DNA of 64,000 bases from Minutocellus sp. GHC0000111. Its lineage: Eukaryota. The position numbers were made by a program, and so were the translations under genes. The stretch lies in the NCBI GenBank assembly GCA_977018835.1, contig OZ361260.1, forward strand, positions 1,984,001-2,048,000, written 5' to 3'. Shown here piece by piece: positions 50,832 through 61,860 of the stretch. The notes under the pieces are model-generated. The model ran no database searches, had not been told where the DNA came from, and saw nothing but the letters and a program-made list of their open reading frames with translations. How positions within the stretch are numbered: position 1 is the stretch's first letter; each line of letters starts with the position of its first letter.

Positions 50832-51956
50832 ATGGCGGACAACACCTGTCAGTCAGAGTACTGCAACGCCGGGTGGGGCGAGGTCCTCACCCACATGTCG
50901 CCGTACGGCTATGCCAACTTCGGCATCGCCTTCGGTTTGGGACTGAGCGTCGTCGGTGCTGCATGGGGAATATGGTTGACCGGAAGCAGTCTTGTCGGTG
51001 CCGCCGTAAAGGCACCCCGCATCCGATCGAAAAATCTCATCAGGTGCGTCGCGTCGGTAGCGAGAGGGCCGCGCGGAAGGTATCGGAATGCAGTTGCGGC
51101 AGGACGAATGCAGAAGAGCGGCGATGGCGTGCATGGAGAGGCAAAGCGGGGTCCCCATGGTTGCTCAACGTTCCCCCCAGAGGACTGGCTCGGCCGGCTC
51201 GATTTTGCGATAAATTTGGACATTTGGGCAGGGTGCCATCGGACCCACGCAAGAAGTTGCAGAAGTACTTTTCCACATCTCGAGAGAGGTAGAGAGAGAC
51301 AGACAGAGAGAGAGAGAGAGAAAGGGAGAAAAGAGGCAGGTGTAGTCGGCGTGGTCTCCCAAGGATTGCACTGGTACAGAGCATCATGTTGGGCAATGAT
51401 ATGATAGGTGTAGATTGAAAGGATCTGCAGGATCTTGAATTTGGAATGCTTCGATCAATGCTGCTTCAATTTTCATTCGACTCACTACCTTCATATTATA
51501 TTTCTTCTATCTTCCATGGAAATGCGGGGGGCTCTTCGTTGGCTTGGTTCAATTTTTTCCTCATATGCGCGTCGGTGTGCCATGTCATACAGTGTAATTT
51601 TTTGCGAGGCCACCGCTATTTACGGCGTCATTATGGCCATTATTTTGGCAAACAAGGTGAAGAAGCCCGACGAGGCCACCTATTACCTCGACAATAACTG
51701 GGACTGGAACGGCTACTACTATGCGGGCTACGGCATGTTCTCTGCCGGCCTTTCCGTCGGCCTCACCAACATTGCGTCGGGAGTTTCCGTCGGCATTGCC
51801 GGTTCGTCCTGTGCCATTGGAGATGCCCAGGATGCCTCCCTGTTCGTAAAGATTCTGATTGTAGAGATTTTCGCTTCCGCTTTGGGTATTTTCGGCATCA
51901 TTGTTGGCATCATCCAGAGCAACTCGTGCCAATTCCCAATCGCACCGCTCGAGTAG
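50832..51956 (+). CDS. VMA16: V-ATPase V0 proteolipid subunit c'' (21 kDa); exons 50832-51043, 51593-51956
   Basis: GLSVVGAAWGIWLTGSSLVGAAVKAPRIRSKNLI|SVIFCEATAIYG...LFVKILIVEIFASALGIFG. Confidence 0.95.
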
Positions 51957-52064
51957 ATCGATGGAAAGCGTTGATCATCAGATTGTATAGCAAGCACCAG
52001 ATATATATATATAAACAGAATGGACCTATTTTTTCTATATATGGCGACGTACCACGCAGTAGGC

Positions 52065-53737
52065 TTATTTATTCCGATCCCCGACGCCTACATGTGCATC
52101 TTTGAAGTGTTGTAAGAATTTCCCAAAACATGCACTGAATGTTCGCAGATTTCTATCACCAGTACCGGTAACTAAAGATCGACTCCTTGGCCAAACATGT
52201 GTGACGTTCTGAGCTACTAGGTGCATCTGCGATGGATGTTCATCATAGATGCACGAGCCATCATCGCGGGCATTGTATACATATGCCAATTCTCTGTACA
52301 AAATCATAGGAATTCCGAAAGATTGTGCCCACATTACAGAAGATGATAATTTCTTTCCACCTTGATATGTTGTATAAAAGTTCGTTTCGTCAACCAGTGG
52401 AAGAATGACATCCACCACGGTAACATTAAGCATAAATTCAAGAGGATTCGGCAATCGGAAGTACTCAATTTTGTCGCACCATTGCTGTTTGCAGTACATA
52501 CTTCGGTTGAAAATGGGTGGGAGTAATTTCCCCATGATCCAAACTCGGAACTTTTCGTGCCGATAATGCCGCAAGACCCCGAGCAGTGACTGAATATTGC
52601 GTTTCCTGTGCAAGAGAGGTACGGCACAAAGAGGACACAGCAGACGTGAGTTGATACCAAAAGAAGAATTTATTTTCCCGCATGCGGAAGATCTGGATGC
52701 AGTTTTCCAGATATTGCGAGAAACACCCAAGAGAAATGCACTGGGGCTATATACAGACCGTTCAACTCGTGCATAGAAAAGGTCTGGGTGACGGCCTGTT
52801 CCATTTCTTTCCGATGCCTTGGTCAGGAATCAGGAACCAAGAACCAAGCATAACAGAGAACGACCCGAAAAACTCATAATTGAACAATTTTGTTGTTATA
52901 CCATGGTAACAAACCCCTCACCTGGGTGTTGCTTTGCCGAGCACCAAGAAAACTGGACCTGCCGATTTGGCCTCCTCTCGTCGCTTCCACGACTGTTTTT
53001 TGCGCCGAGCAACAAAACTCGGAGGGAAGAAATTCGGAATGAAGTAATTACTATGCAACGGTGTTAGCCAGAACACATTCGTGGCTTTTTCCATCTCTGG
53101 ATTGTCATCGTGGCAAATAATCAAGAACTTTGAATTGTTCACTTTATGTGCAATAAACTCGTGCGCGTAAATGTTGGATGTGCGTACCTAGGTATGTGGT
53201 TGTCAAAACTGTAAGGTCTGGGCTGCTGGGCGTATCAACACAAATAGGTCCACACGCTGCCTCCGATTCATTAAACTCTCGCCATATCTCCAGCGCGGGA
53301 GGCGTTATTCTATGTGGCGGCCCAAGGTAAAAGGCCACATTTTCATCGACGACGAAAGCAACGTCCTTGACGAATGTGCCACAAAACTCTTGTATCAAAG
53401 AATAGAAAATTTCCGAGTGCAGATTTGTCCATGCAAACTCGAGATAAATGGTTCTGGGACGCAAGTGGAAAGAACTACCGGTATTGATCGTAGTAGATGA
53501 GGACCGAAGGAACTCCCCAGGTGACGAGGACAGGTAGATTGCATTGTTATGATCGATGGTGTTTGTGTCACCGGAGTGCAAGAAAAACGAAGTGGGAGTT
53601 GCGGTTGGCAGAGACGGCGAAAGTAGATAGTAAAAATAACACCACACTAATTGAAGCAAAAAAGCGAAGAGAAATAAAATCTGTTGGAGGCGAGAGGACA
53701 CAAAGGACTGCGCCTGCAAGCAGCAGCGCACATCCAT
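52065..53737 (-). pseudogene. Disrupted type II membrane protein (possibly glycosyltransferase-like)
   Basis: N-terminal TM followed by globular-looking segments split by a frameshift (~53190), an in-frame TGA (52918-20) and further shifts. Confidence 0.45.
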
Positions 53738-54092
53738 GGCCACCACATCCTCAGATAGATGGGAGGGGGTCCGAGCATAGTGGCTGAAGGCATTTTGCGG
53801 GAAGTTTCGACTCACTCGATTGTTCAAAATTGTGCTTGGCTTGTTGCCACGTACATTAGATCTATGTAGATCTAGATCTAGACATGGGCCATGGATCTAG
53901 ATCTAGATCTACGAGGTCAGATTCGCGAGAAATCGAGCGCCCGGTTTTTTACTGCTTTCGAGGGGATTGAAAAGCGCCTCGAAGAATAGTCATGCTGAAA
54001 TATTTAAGAAAATGGCTATTTTTACTCTAATTTTGATTTATCTTCATGTGAAACAATAATTCGGATAAGACTTTAGATTTCAGCGGCTCTAA

Positions 54093-54542
54093 TCAAATGG
54101 ACGCGTTCATGCGACGCGACGGTTCGGCCTCCATCTCGTCTTCATCTTGAACGATGGCATGATACTCGCCTCGGATCGGCAGTACGATGCATTCGTCCCG
54201 GATCTCGCACCACAGCCAATCCGGGATGAGCTTGAGCTTCTTTAGCTCCCGCTTCACGCCGTTGAACTTGTAGATGAAGGTAACTGAGGAGTGGAACATC
54301 TCCGCGGCCTTGTCGTACACCGATTCAGTTATTGCCACGACATCATCCATGTCGAGGGGCATGTTCTCGGCCCTTATCGCCCGGCAGACGAGTCGACTGA
54401 CGACATTGAGGAGCATGTGCTTCTCAAAATCCTCGGGCCCGTCAATCTTGAGAGTTTTCTCCTGGTCAATGATGATGGCCAAGACAGCGGTGAGTATGTG
54501 TTCAATCCATTTGTGTCTCGGGCGGAAGTGGAAGCTGAGCAT
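54093..54542 (-). CDS. Hypothetical 149-aa antisense ORF inside transposon B (mirror 58379-58828 +)
   Basis: ATG-started, globular helical composition; overlaps the 5' part of the transposase frame codon-for-codon. Confidence 0.4.
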   Translation of the reverse strand: MLSFHFRPRHKWIEHILTAVLAIIIDQEKTLKIDGPEDFEKHMLLNVVSRLVCRAIRAENMPLDMDDVVAITESVYDKAAEMFHSSVTFIYKFNGVKRELKKLKLIPDWLWCEIRDECIVLPIRGEYHAIVQDEDEMEAEPSRRMNASI

Positions 54543-56015
54543 TTCGATGACGCGATCGGCATACTTGGACCGGTATACTGCTTCCCAACGAGTGCCGATG
54601 ATTCATCTGATTCGGCCGCCTTCCGTTCTGTCATCGACGATCTTGCAACGGCGACCCGGCGGTATACTGCACCATGTCTCTTTGCAATTGCCAAGTGCAG
54701 GGAGCAGGCAAAGGTGGACTATTCGGTGCTGTCCAGCGCAGAGCATGGTGCACGATTTTCGGGATGGATGAAGGCGTATGGTGCTCTACCTGCATCTGAG
54801 AAGGCGATGTGGGAGATGAAGAGGAGATCTCATCTGGCTATGCAGCCATACATTCGAGATGTTATTGTTGATGCTCTGATACGAAATCCTCGGGAATCTT
54901 GGCGGGAGCTGGAGGTGGATGTCAACTTTTGGTGTTCCTACTCGGCAATACGGCGGTGGATAATGTCGCGGGAAGGGTTCCGGTACTATGCCGAAAGGAT
55001 CATCCCTCTCCTTACTACACATCAGATGGAGAAACATTTGGCATTTGCGCGGAAATTCCGAAACAATTGGGGGCTCGGCGGTGGCAAGTTTCTCCTTGTT
55101 ATGTTCGATGAGAAGTGGTTTTGGGGCTTGGTTCTTCGATCGTATGCCAAGCAAGTTGCAGAATTGGGTATTGATCCTCGGTCCTTCTCGGCATATGACC
55201 GAAATCACATCAACAAGTGCATGGTGGTGGCTGTCACTGCCTTGGCTTTTATTGACAGCATTGAGAATGGCGGCATTGCGTTCAAGCTTGGACTTTTTCG
55301 GGCTCAGGCGCATAAAATTGCGAGGCAGATGGTAAGGGAGGCGGTGCGGCAGGCAGATGGTAGAATCAAATATTGCGGCCCGGTGGTTCGGAAGAAAGAC
55401 GATCTATACCTTGTGGATTGCGCGGTGACTGGATGCAGCCATGGCACCCTTGATAATCCCAAGTTCCCACTGAAAGCTTTGTTTGAGAACAAGATATTTC
55501 CGGATGTTGAGGCTTTGGTCGGACCTGGCGGAAAGTTTGAAGGCTATGTCCCTATTTTCCAGGGCGACAATGCTGGGCCCCATGCCGAGACTGAATTTGT
55601 GGAATATGTGGAAGGATACTGTCGGGACAAGGGATGGCGTTGGGAACCTCAGGCCCCGCAAATGCCCCATATGAATGTTCTTGATCTGTCTGTTTTCCCT
55701 TGCATGTCAAAGCAGCATACAATGTTGTGCCGCGATCGGGAGGGGCTGAAGGTTTCGACAGAGGATCAGACTTGGGATGCAGCGGAGGAAGTTTGGATGG
55801 GGCTGGAAAACTGGAAGATCGCATCGGCATACATCCAGGCTCATAGAATTGCAAAGAAGGTAATCGTTGCAAAAGGCAACAATGATTTTCTTGGAAACGG
55901 TGAAGGCATTCATGTTGGGGTGCGAAAGGATTTCAGGCCGACTGAAAATGGCATGGTTCGGATAGATGGGAAAATTATCGCTCCTCCTCCTGCTGATCCA
56001 ACCATGGATAATTAG
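54291..56015 (+). CDS. Family B DD38D transposase (uninterrupted frame; start uncertain, GTG 54291 or first ATG 54768)
   Basis: HTH-like DALIRNPRESWRELEVDVNFWCSYSAIRRWI, PLLT linker, VMFDEKWFWG, IFQGDNAGPH, QAPQMPHMNVLDLSVF, KGNNDF. Confidence 0.88.
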   Translation: MEHLRGLVVHRFSYCHDIIHVEGHVLGPYRPADESTDDIEEHVLLKILGPVNLESFLLVNDDGQDSGEYVFNPFVSRAEVEAEHFDDAIGILGPVYCFPTSADDSSDSAAFRSVIDDLATATRRYTAPCLFAIAKCREQAKVDYSVLSSAEHGARFSGWMKAYGALPASEKAMWEMKRRSHLAMQPYIRDVIVDALIRNPRESWRELEVDVNFWCSYSAIRRWIMSREGFRYYAERIIPLLTTHQMEKHLAFARKFRNNWGLGGGKFLLVMFDEKWFWGLVLRSYAKQVAELGIDPRSFSAYDRNHINKCMVVAVTALAFIDSIENGGIAFKLGLFRAQAHKIARQMVREAVRQADGRIKYCGPVVRKKDDLYLVDCAVTGCSHGTLDNPKFPLKALFENKIFPDVEALVGPGGKFEGYVPIFQGDNAGPHAETEFVEYVEGYCRDKGWRWEPQAPQMPHMNVLDLSVFPCMSKQHTMLCRDREGLKVSTEDQTWDAAEEVWMGLENWKIASAYIQAHRIAKKVIVAKGNNDFLGNGEGIHVGVRKDFRPTENGMVRIDGKIIAPPPADPTMDN

Positions 56016-56342
56016 TCCTGCGGTGCTTTTAAGTTATATTGTGTTTAATAATACTAGATTGGATTGTAGATCTGGATACTAGCTGCTGCAATACCTAGGT
56101 ACATGTACTTTGCATTGTACATGTATTCAATGCCGGTAGATCTAAGATTCAGGCGGTTGCGGGCCGAAAAAGTCGCTGTTTTGGTCCCGACCCTGCGCTC
56201 GATTTCTCGCGAAACGGACTTCGTACATGTATAAGCAAAGGTATTCGCAAATTATCCAGTTAAATCATAGCGCCGTTCAGTATCATACATGTACGGTACA
56301 TGTAGATCTAATTCCCTTCACCATTTCGTCAACGGTGCTGCC

Positions 56343-56578
56343 ATATATATGTTAGTCCCAAAATGCGCACTGTCCCAGTTCGCGAACTGGGATCCCAGTT
56401 TGCGAACTGGGATCCCAGTTTGCGTACTAGGATTTATTTATCCCAGTTTGGAAACTGGGATAACAGTTTCCATTTATTTATCCCAGTTTCCAAACTGGGA
56501 TAAATAAATCCTAGTTCGCAAACTGGGATCCCAGTTCGCGAACTGGGACAGTGCGCATTTTGGGACTAACATATATAT
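56343..56578. mobile_element. Foldback mini-element at the palindrome centre
   Basis: ATATATAT flanks, GTTAGTCCCAAAATGCGCACTG termini, tandem self-complementary ~20-bp units TCCCAGTT(T/C)GCGAACTGGGA; asymmetric by one unit. Confidence 0.7.
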
Positions 56579-56697
56579 GGCAGCACCGTTGACGAGATGG
56601 TGAAGGGAATTAGATCTACATGTACCGTACATGTATGATACTGAACGGCGCTATGATTTAACTGGATAATTTGCGAATACCTTTGCTTATACATGTA

Positions 56698-59009
56698 CGA
56701 AGTCCGTTTCGCGAGAAATCGAGCGCAGGGTCGGGACCAAAACAGCGACTTTTTCGGCCCGCAACCGCCTGAATCTTAGATCTACCGGCATTGAATACAT
56801 GTACAATGCAAAGTACATGTACCTAGGTATTGCAGCAGCTAGTATCCAGATCTACAATCCAATCTAGTATTATTAAACACAATATAACTTAAAAGCACCG
56901 CAGGACTAATTATCCATGGTTGGATCAGCAGGAGGAGGAGCGATAATTTTCCCATCTATCCGAACCATGCCATTTTCAGTCGGCCTGAAATCCTTTCGCA
57001 CCCCAACATGAATGCCTTCACCGTTTCCAAGAAAATCATTGTTGCCTTTTGCAACGATTACCTTCTTTGCAATTCTATGAGCCTGGATGTATGCCGATGC
57101 GATCTTCCAGTTTTCCAGCCCCATCCAAACTTCCTCCGCTGCATCCCAAGTCTGATCCTCTGTCGAAACCTTCAGCCCCTCCCGATCGCGGCACAACATT
57201 GTATGCTGCTTTGACATGCAAGGGAAAACAGACAGATCAAGAACATTCATATGGGGCATTTGCGGGGCCTGAGGTTCCCAACGCCATCCCTTGTCCCGAC
57301 AGTATCCTTCCACATATTCCACAAATTCAGTCTCGGCATGGGGCCCAGCATTGTCGCCCTGGAAAATAGGGACATAGCCTTCAAACTTTCCGCCAGGTCC
57401 GACCAAAGCCTCAACATCCGGAAATATCTTGTTCTCAAACAAAGCTTTCAGTGGGAACTTGGGATTATCAAGGGTGCCATGGCTGCATCCAGTCACCGCG
57501 CAATCCACAAGGTATAGATCGTCTTTCTTCCGAACCACCGGGCCGCAATATTTGATTCTACCATCTGCCTGCCGCACCGCCTCCCTTACCATCTGCCTCG
57601 CAATTTTATGCGCCTGAGCCCGAAAAAGTCCAAGCTTGAACGCAATGCCGCCATTCTCAATGCTGTCAATAAAAGCCAAGGCAGTGACAGCCACCACCAT
57701 GCACTTGTTGATGTGATTTCGGTCATATGCCGAGAAGGACCGAGGATCAATACCCAATTCTGCAACTTGCTTGGCATACGATCGAAGAACCAAGCCCCAA
57801 AACCACTTCTCATCGAACATAACAAGGAGAAACTTGCCACCGCCGAGCCCCCAATTGTTTCGGAATTTCCGCGCAAATGCCAAATGTTTCTCCATCTGAT
57901 GTGTAGTAAGGAGAGGGATGATCCTTTCGGCATAGTACCGGAACCCTTCCCGCGACATTATCCACCGCCGTATTGCCGAGTAGGAACACCAAAAGTTGAC
58001 ATCCACCTCCAGCTCCCGCCAAGATTCCCGAGGATTTCGTATCAGAGCATCAACAATAACATCTCGAATGTATGGCTGCATAGCCAGATGAGATCTCCTC
58101 TTCATCTCCCACATCGCCTTCTCAGATGCAGGTAGAGCACCATACGCCTTCATCCATCCCGAAAATCGTGCACCATGCTCTGCGCTGGACAGCACCGAAT
58201 AGTCCACCTTTGCCTGCTCCCTGCACTTGGCAATTGCAAAGAGACATGGTGCAGTATACCGCCGGGTCGCCGTTGCAAGATCGTCGATGACAGAACGGAA
58301 GGCGGCCGAATCAGATGAATCATCGGCACTCGTTGGGAAGCAGTATACCGGTCCAAGTATGCCGATCGCGTCATCGAAATGCTCAGCTTCCACTTCCGCC
58401 CGAGACACAAATGGATTGAACACATACTCACCGCTGTCTTGGCCATCATCATTGACCAGGAGAAAACTCTCAAGATTGACGGGCCCGAGGATTTTGAGAA
58501 GCACATGCTCCTCAATGTCGTCAGTCGACTCGTCTGCCGGGCGATAAGGGCCGAGAACATGCCCCTCGACATGGATGATGTCGTGGCAATAACTGAATCG
58601 GTGTACGACAAGGCCGCGGAGATGTTCCACTCCTCAGTTACCTTCATCTACAAGTTCAACGGCGTGAAGCGGGAGCTAAAGAAGCTCAAGCTCATCCCGG
58701 ATTGGCTGTGGTGCGAGATCCGGGACGAATGCATCGTACTGCCGATCCGAGGCGAGTATCATGCCATCGTTCAAGATGAAGACGAGATGGAGGCCGAACC
58801 GTCGCGTCGCATGAACGCGTCCATTTGATTAGAGCCGCTGAAATCTAAAGTCTTATCCGAATTATTGTTTCACATGAAGATAAATCAAAATTAGAGTAAA
58901 AATAGCCATTTTCTTAAATATTTCAGCATGACTATTCTTCGAGGCGCTTTTCAATCCCCTCGAAAGCAGTAAAAAACCGGGCGCTCGATTTCTCGCGAAT
59001 CTGACCTCG
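56698..59009 (-). mobile_element. Family B transposon, inverted copy (right palindrome arm)
   Basis: Reverse complement of 53912-56223 including flanks. Confidence 0.92.
56906..58630 (-). CDS. Family B DD38D transposase, inverted copy
   Basis: Identical translation to 54291-56015. Confidence 0.88.
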   Translation of the reverse strand: MEHLRGLVVHRFSYCHDIIHVEGHVLGPYRPADESTDDIEEHVLLKILGPVNLESFLLVNDDGQDSGEYVFNPFVSRAEVEAEHFDDAIGILGPVYCFPTSADDSSDSAAFRSVIDDLATATRRYTAPCLFAIAKCREQAKVDYSVLSSAEHGARFSGWMKAYGALPASEKAMWEMKRRSHLAMQPYIRDVIVDALIRNPRESWRELEVDVNFWCSYSAIRRWIMSREGFRYYAERIIPLLTTHQMEKHLAFARKFRNNWGLGGGKFLLVMFDEKWFWGLVLRSYAKQVAELGIDPRSFSAYDRNHINKCMVVAVTALAFIDSIENGGIAFKLGLFRAQAHKIARQMVREAVRQADGRIKYCGPVVRKKDDLYLVDCAVTGCSHGTLDNPKFPLKALFENKIFPDVEALVGPGGKFEGYVPIFQGDNAGPHAETEFVEYVEGYCRDKGWRWEPQAPQMPHMNVLDLSVFPCMSKQHTMLCRDREGLKVSTEDQTWDAAEEVWMGLENWKIASAYIQAHRIAKKVIVAKGNNDFLGNGEGIHVGVRKDFRPTENGMVRIDGKIIAPPPADPTMDN

Positions 59010-59183
59010 TAGATCTAGATCTAGATCCATGGCCCATGTCTAGATCTAGATCTACATAGATCTAATGTACGTGGCAACAAGCCAAGCACAATTTTGAACA
59101 ATCGAGTGAGTCGAAACTTCCCGCAAAATGCCTTCAGCCACTATGCTCGGACCCCCTCCCATCTATCTGAGGATGTGGTGGCC

Positions 59184-60314
59184 ATGGATGTGCGCTGCTG
59201 CTTGCAGGCGCAGTCCTTTGTGTCCTCTCGCCTCCAACAGATTTTATTTCTCTTCGCTTTTTTGCTTCAATTAGTGTGGTGTTATTTTTACTATCTACTT
59301 TCGCCGTCTCTGCCAACCGCAACTCCCACTTCGTTTTTCTTGCACTCCGGTGACACAAACACCATCGATCATAACAATGCAATCTACCTGTCCTCGTCAC
59401 CTGGGGAGTTCCTTCGGTCCTCATCTACTACGATCAATACCGGTAGTTCTTTCCACTTGCGTCCCAGAACCATTTATCTCGAGTTTGCATGGACAAATCT
59501 GCACTCGGAAATTTTCTATTCTTTGATACAAGAGTTTTGTGGCACATTCGTCAAGGACGTTGCTTTCGTCGTCGATGAAAATGTGGCCTTTTACCTTGGG
59601 CCGCCACATAGAATAACGCCTCCCGCGCTGGAGATATGGCGAGAGTTTAATGAATCGGAGGCAGCGTGTGGACCTATTTGTGTTGATACGCCCAGCAGCC
59701 CAGACCTTACAGTTTTGACAACCACATACCTAGGTACGCACATCCAACATTTACGCGCACGAGTTTATTGCACATAAAGTGAACAATTCAAAGTTCTTGA
59801 TTATTTGCCACGATGACAATCCAGAGATGGAAAAAGCCACGAATGTGTTCTGGCTAACACCGTTGCATAGTAATTACTTCATTCCGAATTTCTTCCCTCC
59901 GAGTTTTGTTGCTCGGCGCAAAAAACAGTCGTGGAAGCGACGAGAGGAGGCCAAATCGGCAGGTCCAGTTTTCTTGGTGCTCGGCAAAGCAACACCCAGG
60001 TGAGGGGTTTGTTACCATGGTATAACAACAAAATTGTTCAATTATGAGTTTTTCGGGTCGTTCTCTGTTATGCTTGGTTCTTGGTTCCTGATTCCTGACC
60101 AAGGCATCGGAAAGAAATGGAACAGGCCGTCACCCAGACCTTTTCTATGCACGAGTTGAACGGTCTGTATATAGCCCCAGTGCATTTCTCTTGGGTGTTT
60201 CTCGCAATATCTGGAAAACTGCATCCAGATCTTCCGCATGCGGGAAAATAAATTCTTCTTTTGGTATCAACTCACGTCTGCTGTGTCCTCTTTGTGCCGT
60301 ACCTCTCTTGCACA
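59184..60314 (+). pseudogene. 3'-truncated inverted duplicate of the 52065-53737 pseudogene
   Basis: Mirror sequence ending abruptly at the palindrome boundary. Confidence 0.6.
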
Positions 60315-60437
60315 TTGAAATTGAGAGGAAAGGCGTGTAGGTGAACTCGGTGAAGTTTGGTGACTCAAGCTCCGATTAATATGCGAACCCAGCCAACTTT
60401 GCAGCAACTCTCATCTCCTAAAACAACGTTAAGGACC

Positions 60438-61186
60438 CTAAAAGTCCTCATCCATGACAACCTCCCGTTCAACGCTGGCGGGAGCAGGAGCAGCCGCAAC
60501 GCCCGGAATTTCATCAAAGTTCACTGCATTGGTATTGCCCTTCTGAACAATTTCGCCCTTGTCATTAAGGAAGACGTAAAACGGTACCATGGAAAATCCA
60601 AGGACCTTTTTCGCGGTCTCCTTGCTTTCTTGATCCATAAAGTAATGATGCATGGCATCCCATCGCGGAACGTCAGGCTTTTCTAGAATCTCCCGAGCGC
60701 CATCACAGCTATCACAGCAAATCGAAACAAAGTCCACGTTTGCGTACTTGGGATCTTGCGCCATCCCGTTAAGCTTATCGAGGGCGTCAGGGCATCGGGT
60801 ACAACGGGTGGTCCAAAAGTCTGCAAGGCATTTATTTTGCAAAGGGGGGCAACCAATCGGTGTCGATAATGGTAACGGTCGAGTCCGTGTCGTTCGTTTG
60901 CGCATTGTATGGCCATCATGGGAAAAGTGGGGATAACGATGTAAGGCATGATTAGACAATGGACAGGCTTGCACGATCGTGCTTGACGAGCTTTTCAAAC
61001 CTTTTGCACAGCCAGGCAAAATCCGTCGACACCGGTTCATGCCGTTACATACTGCGATGATTTCACGCCCATAATATACTCACCGATTACCGTATTCTTG
61101 CCGACGAACGCATTCAGCGTCGTGTGGCAATTGGCGCTCTTGAGGCATACAAGAGGGAGCTCGGGACGTCGGTTCGCGGACGTCAT
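60438..61186 (-). CDS. Thioredoxin-fold (TlpA/redoxin-like) protein; exons 61186-61084, 60820-60438
   Basis: Spliced GKNTVI|DFWTTRCTRCPDALDKL..FVSICCD..LGFSMVPFYVFLNDKGEIV (CxxC plus cis-Pro motif). Confidence 0.8.
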
Positions 61187-61529
61187 GGTGGCTTTGCGAA
61201 AATGAGGCTCCTATGTCACGCGCGCGCGCCGCGCCTTCGAAAAAAATCAAAGCAGCGACTGGCCAGCGCGCCCCCAAATTCCAATTTTGCTTATCCCCCA
61301 GCAAATCACGCTGCTTGCTTGGGAGAGGGATTGGAGTTGCATGTGCCGTAGGAATCGTAGACCTCAAATCCACATGCAGAGTCTAGCTATAGCTTGAGGT
61401 TAAAATCAATCTACTGTAGGAATTCCTACATGTAGATCTAGAGCATCTAGCACGTACATGTAGATCTAGTTAAAAAACCGTAGATCTAGATCTAGATCTG
61501 CTTCTCTTCACAGTCTGCTGCATGCATAT

Positions 61530-61860
61530 CCCTCGTGAGCAGTCTTGGATCTAATCAGGAGAGCTAAACCCTGGAAAAACAGGGTTCAGCATATGAGACG
61601 GTTTTGTTGGCTCGCGGTCGTCGTTTCGCTTCGTTCTTTTTGTAAATCTTTCGTAAAAAGCACTGCTAAGTGCATTTACATGTACCGTTCGTCGTCGTGT
61701 GAAGGTAGATCTACATGTAGTTCCCCTCTTTGTTTGTTTGTATCGATATAAGGCTCGTATGGCAGGGGTTTGGACGAGCTTCGCCCTCGTTGCTAAACCC
61801 TTGTAATGAGGGGGTTTAGGCTGGTCAACAGCAATAAACACTAACAAATTTTCACGAGGG
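61530..61860. mobile_element. Small non-autonomous element with CCC...GGG ends and ATAT flanks (piggyBac-like)
   Basis: TGCATATCCCTCGTGA (61523-38) inverted at 61852-67. Confidence 0.5.

Larger units (their letters stand above)
53912..56223 (+). mobile_element. Mariner-like DNA transposon family B (2312 bp)
   Basis: 29-bp imperfect TIR CGA(G/A)GTC(AGA/CGT)TTCGCGAGAAATCGAGCGC; TA flanks 53910-11 and 56224-25. Confidence 0.92.
52607..60314. repeat. 7.7-kb palindrome (arms 52607-56408 and 56513-60314)
   Basis: Paired coordinates sum to 112921 for every ORF; one mismatch seen (56325 T vs 56596 G). Confidence 0.97.

Noticed and set aside
56370..56550. CRISPR-like array at the palindrome centre
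   Set aside because: The units are contiguous with no unique spacers, the context is eukaryotic and there are no cas genes.
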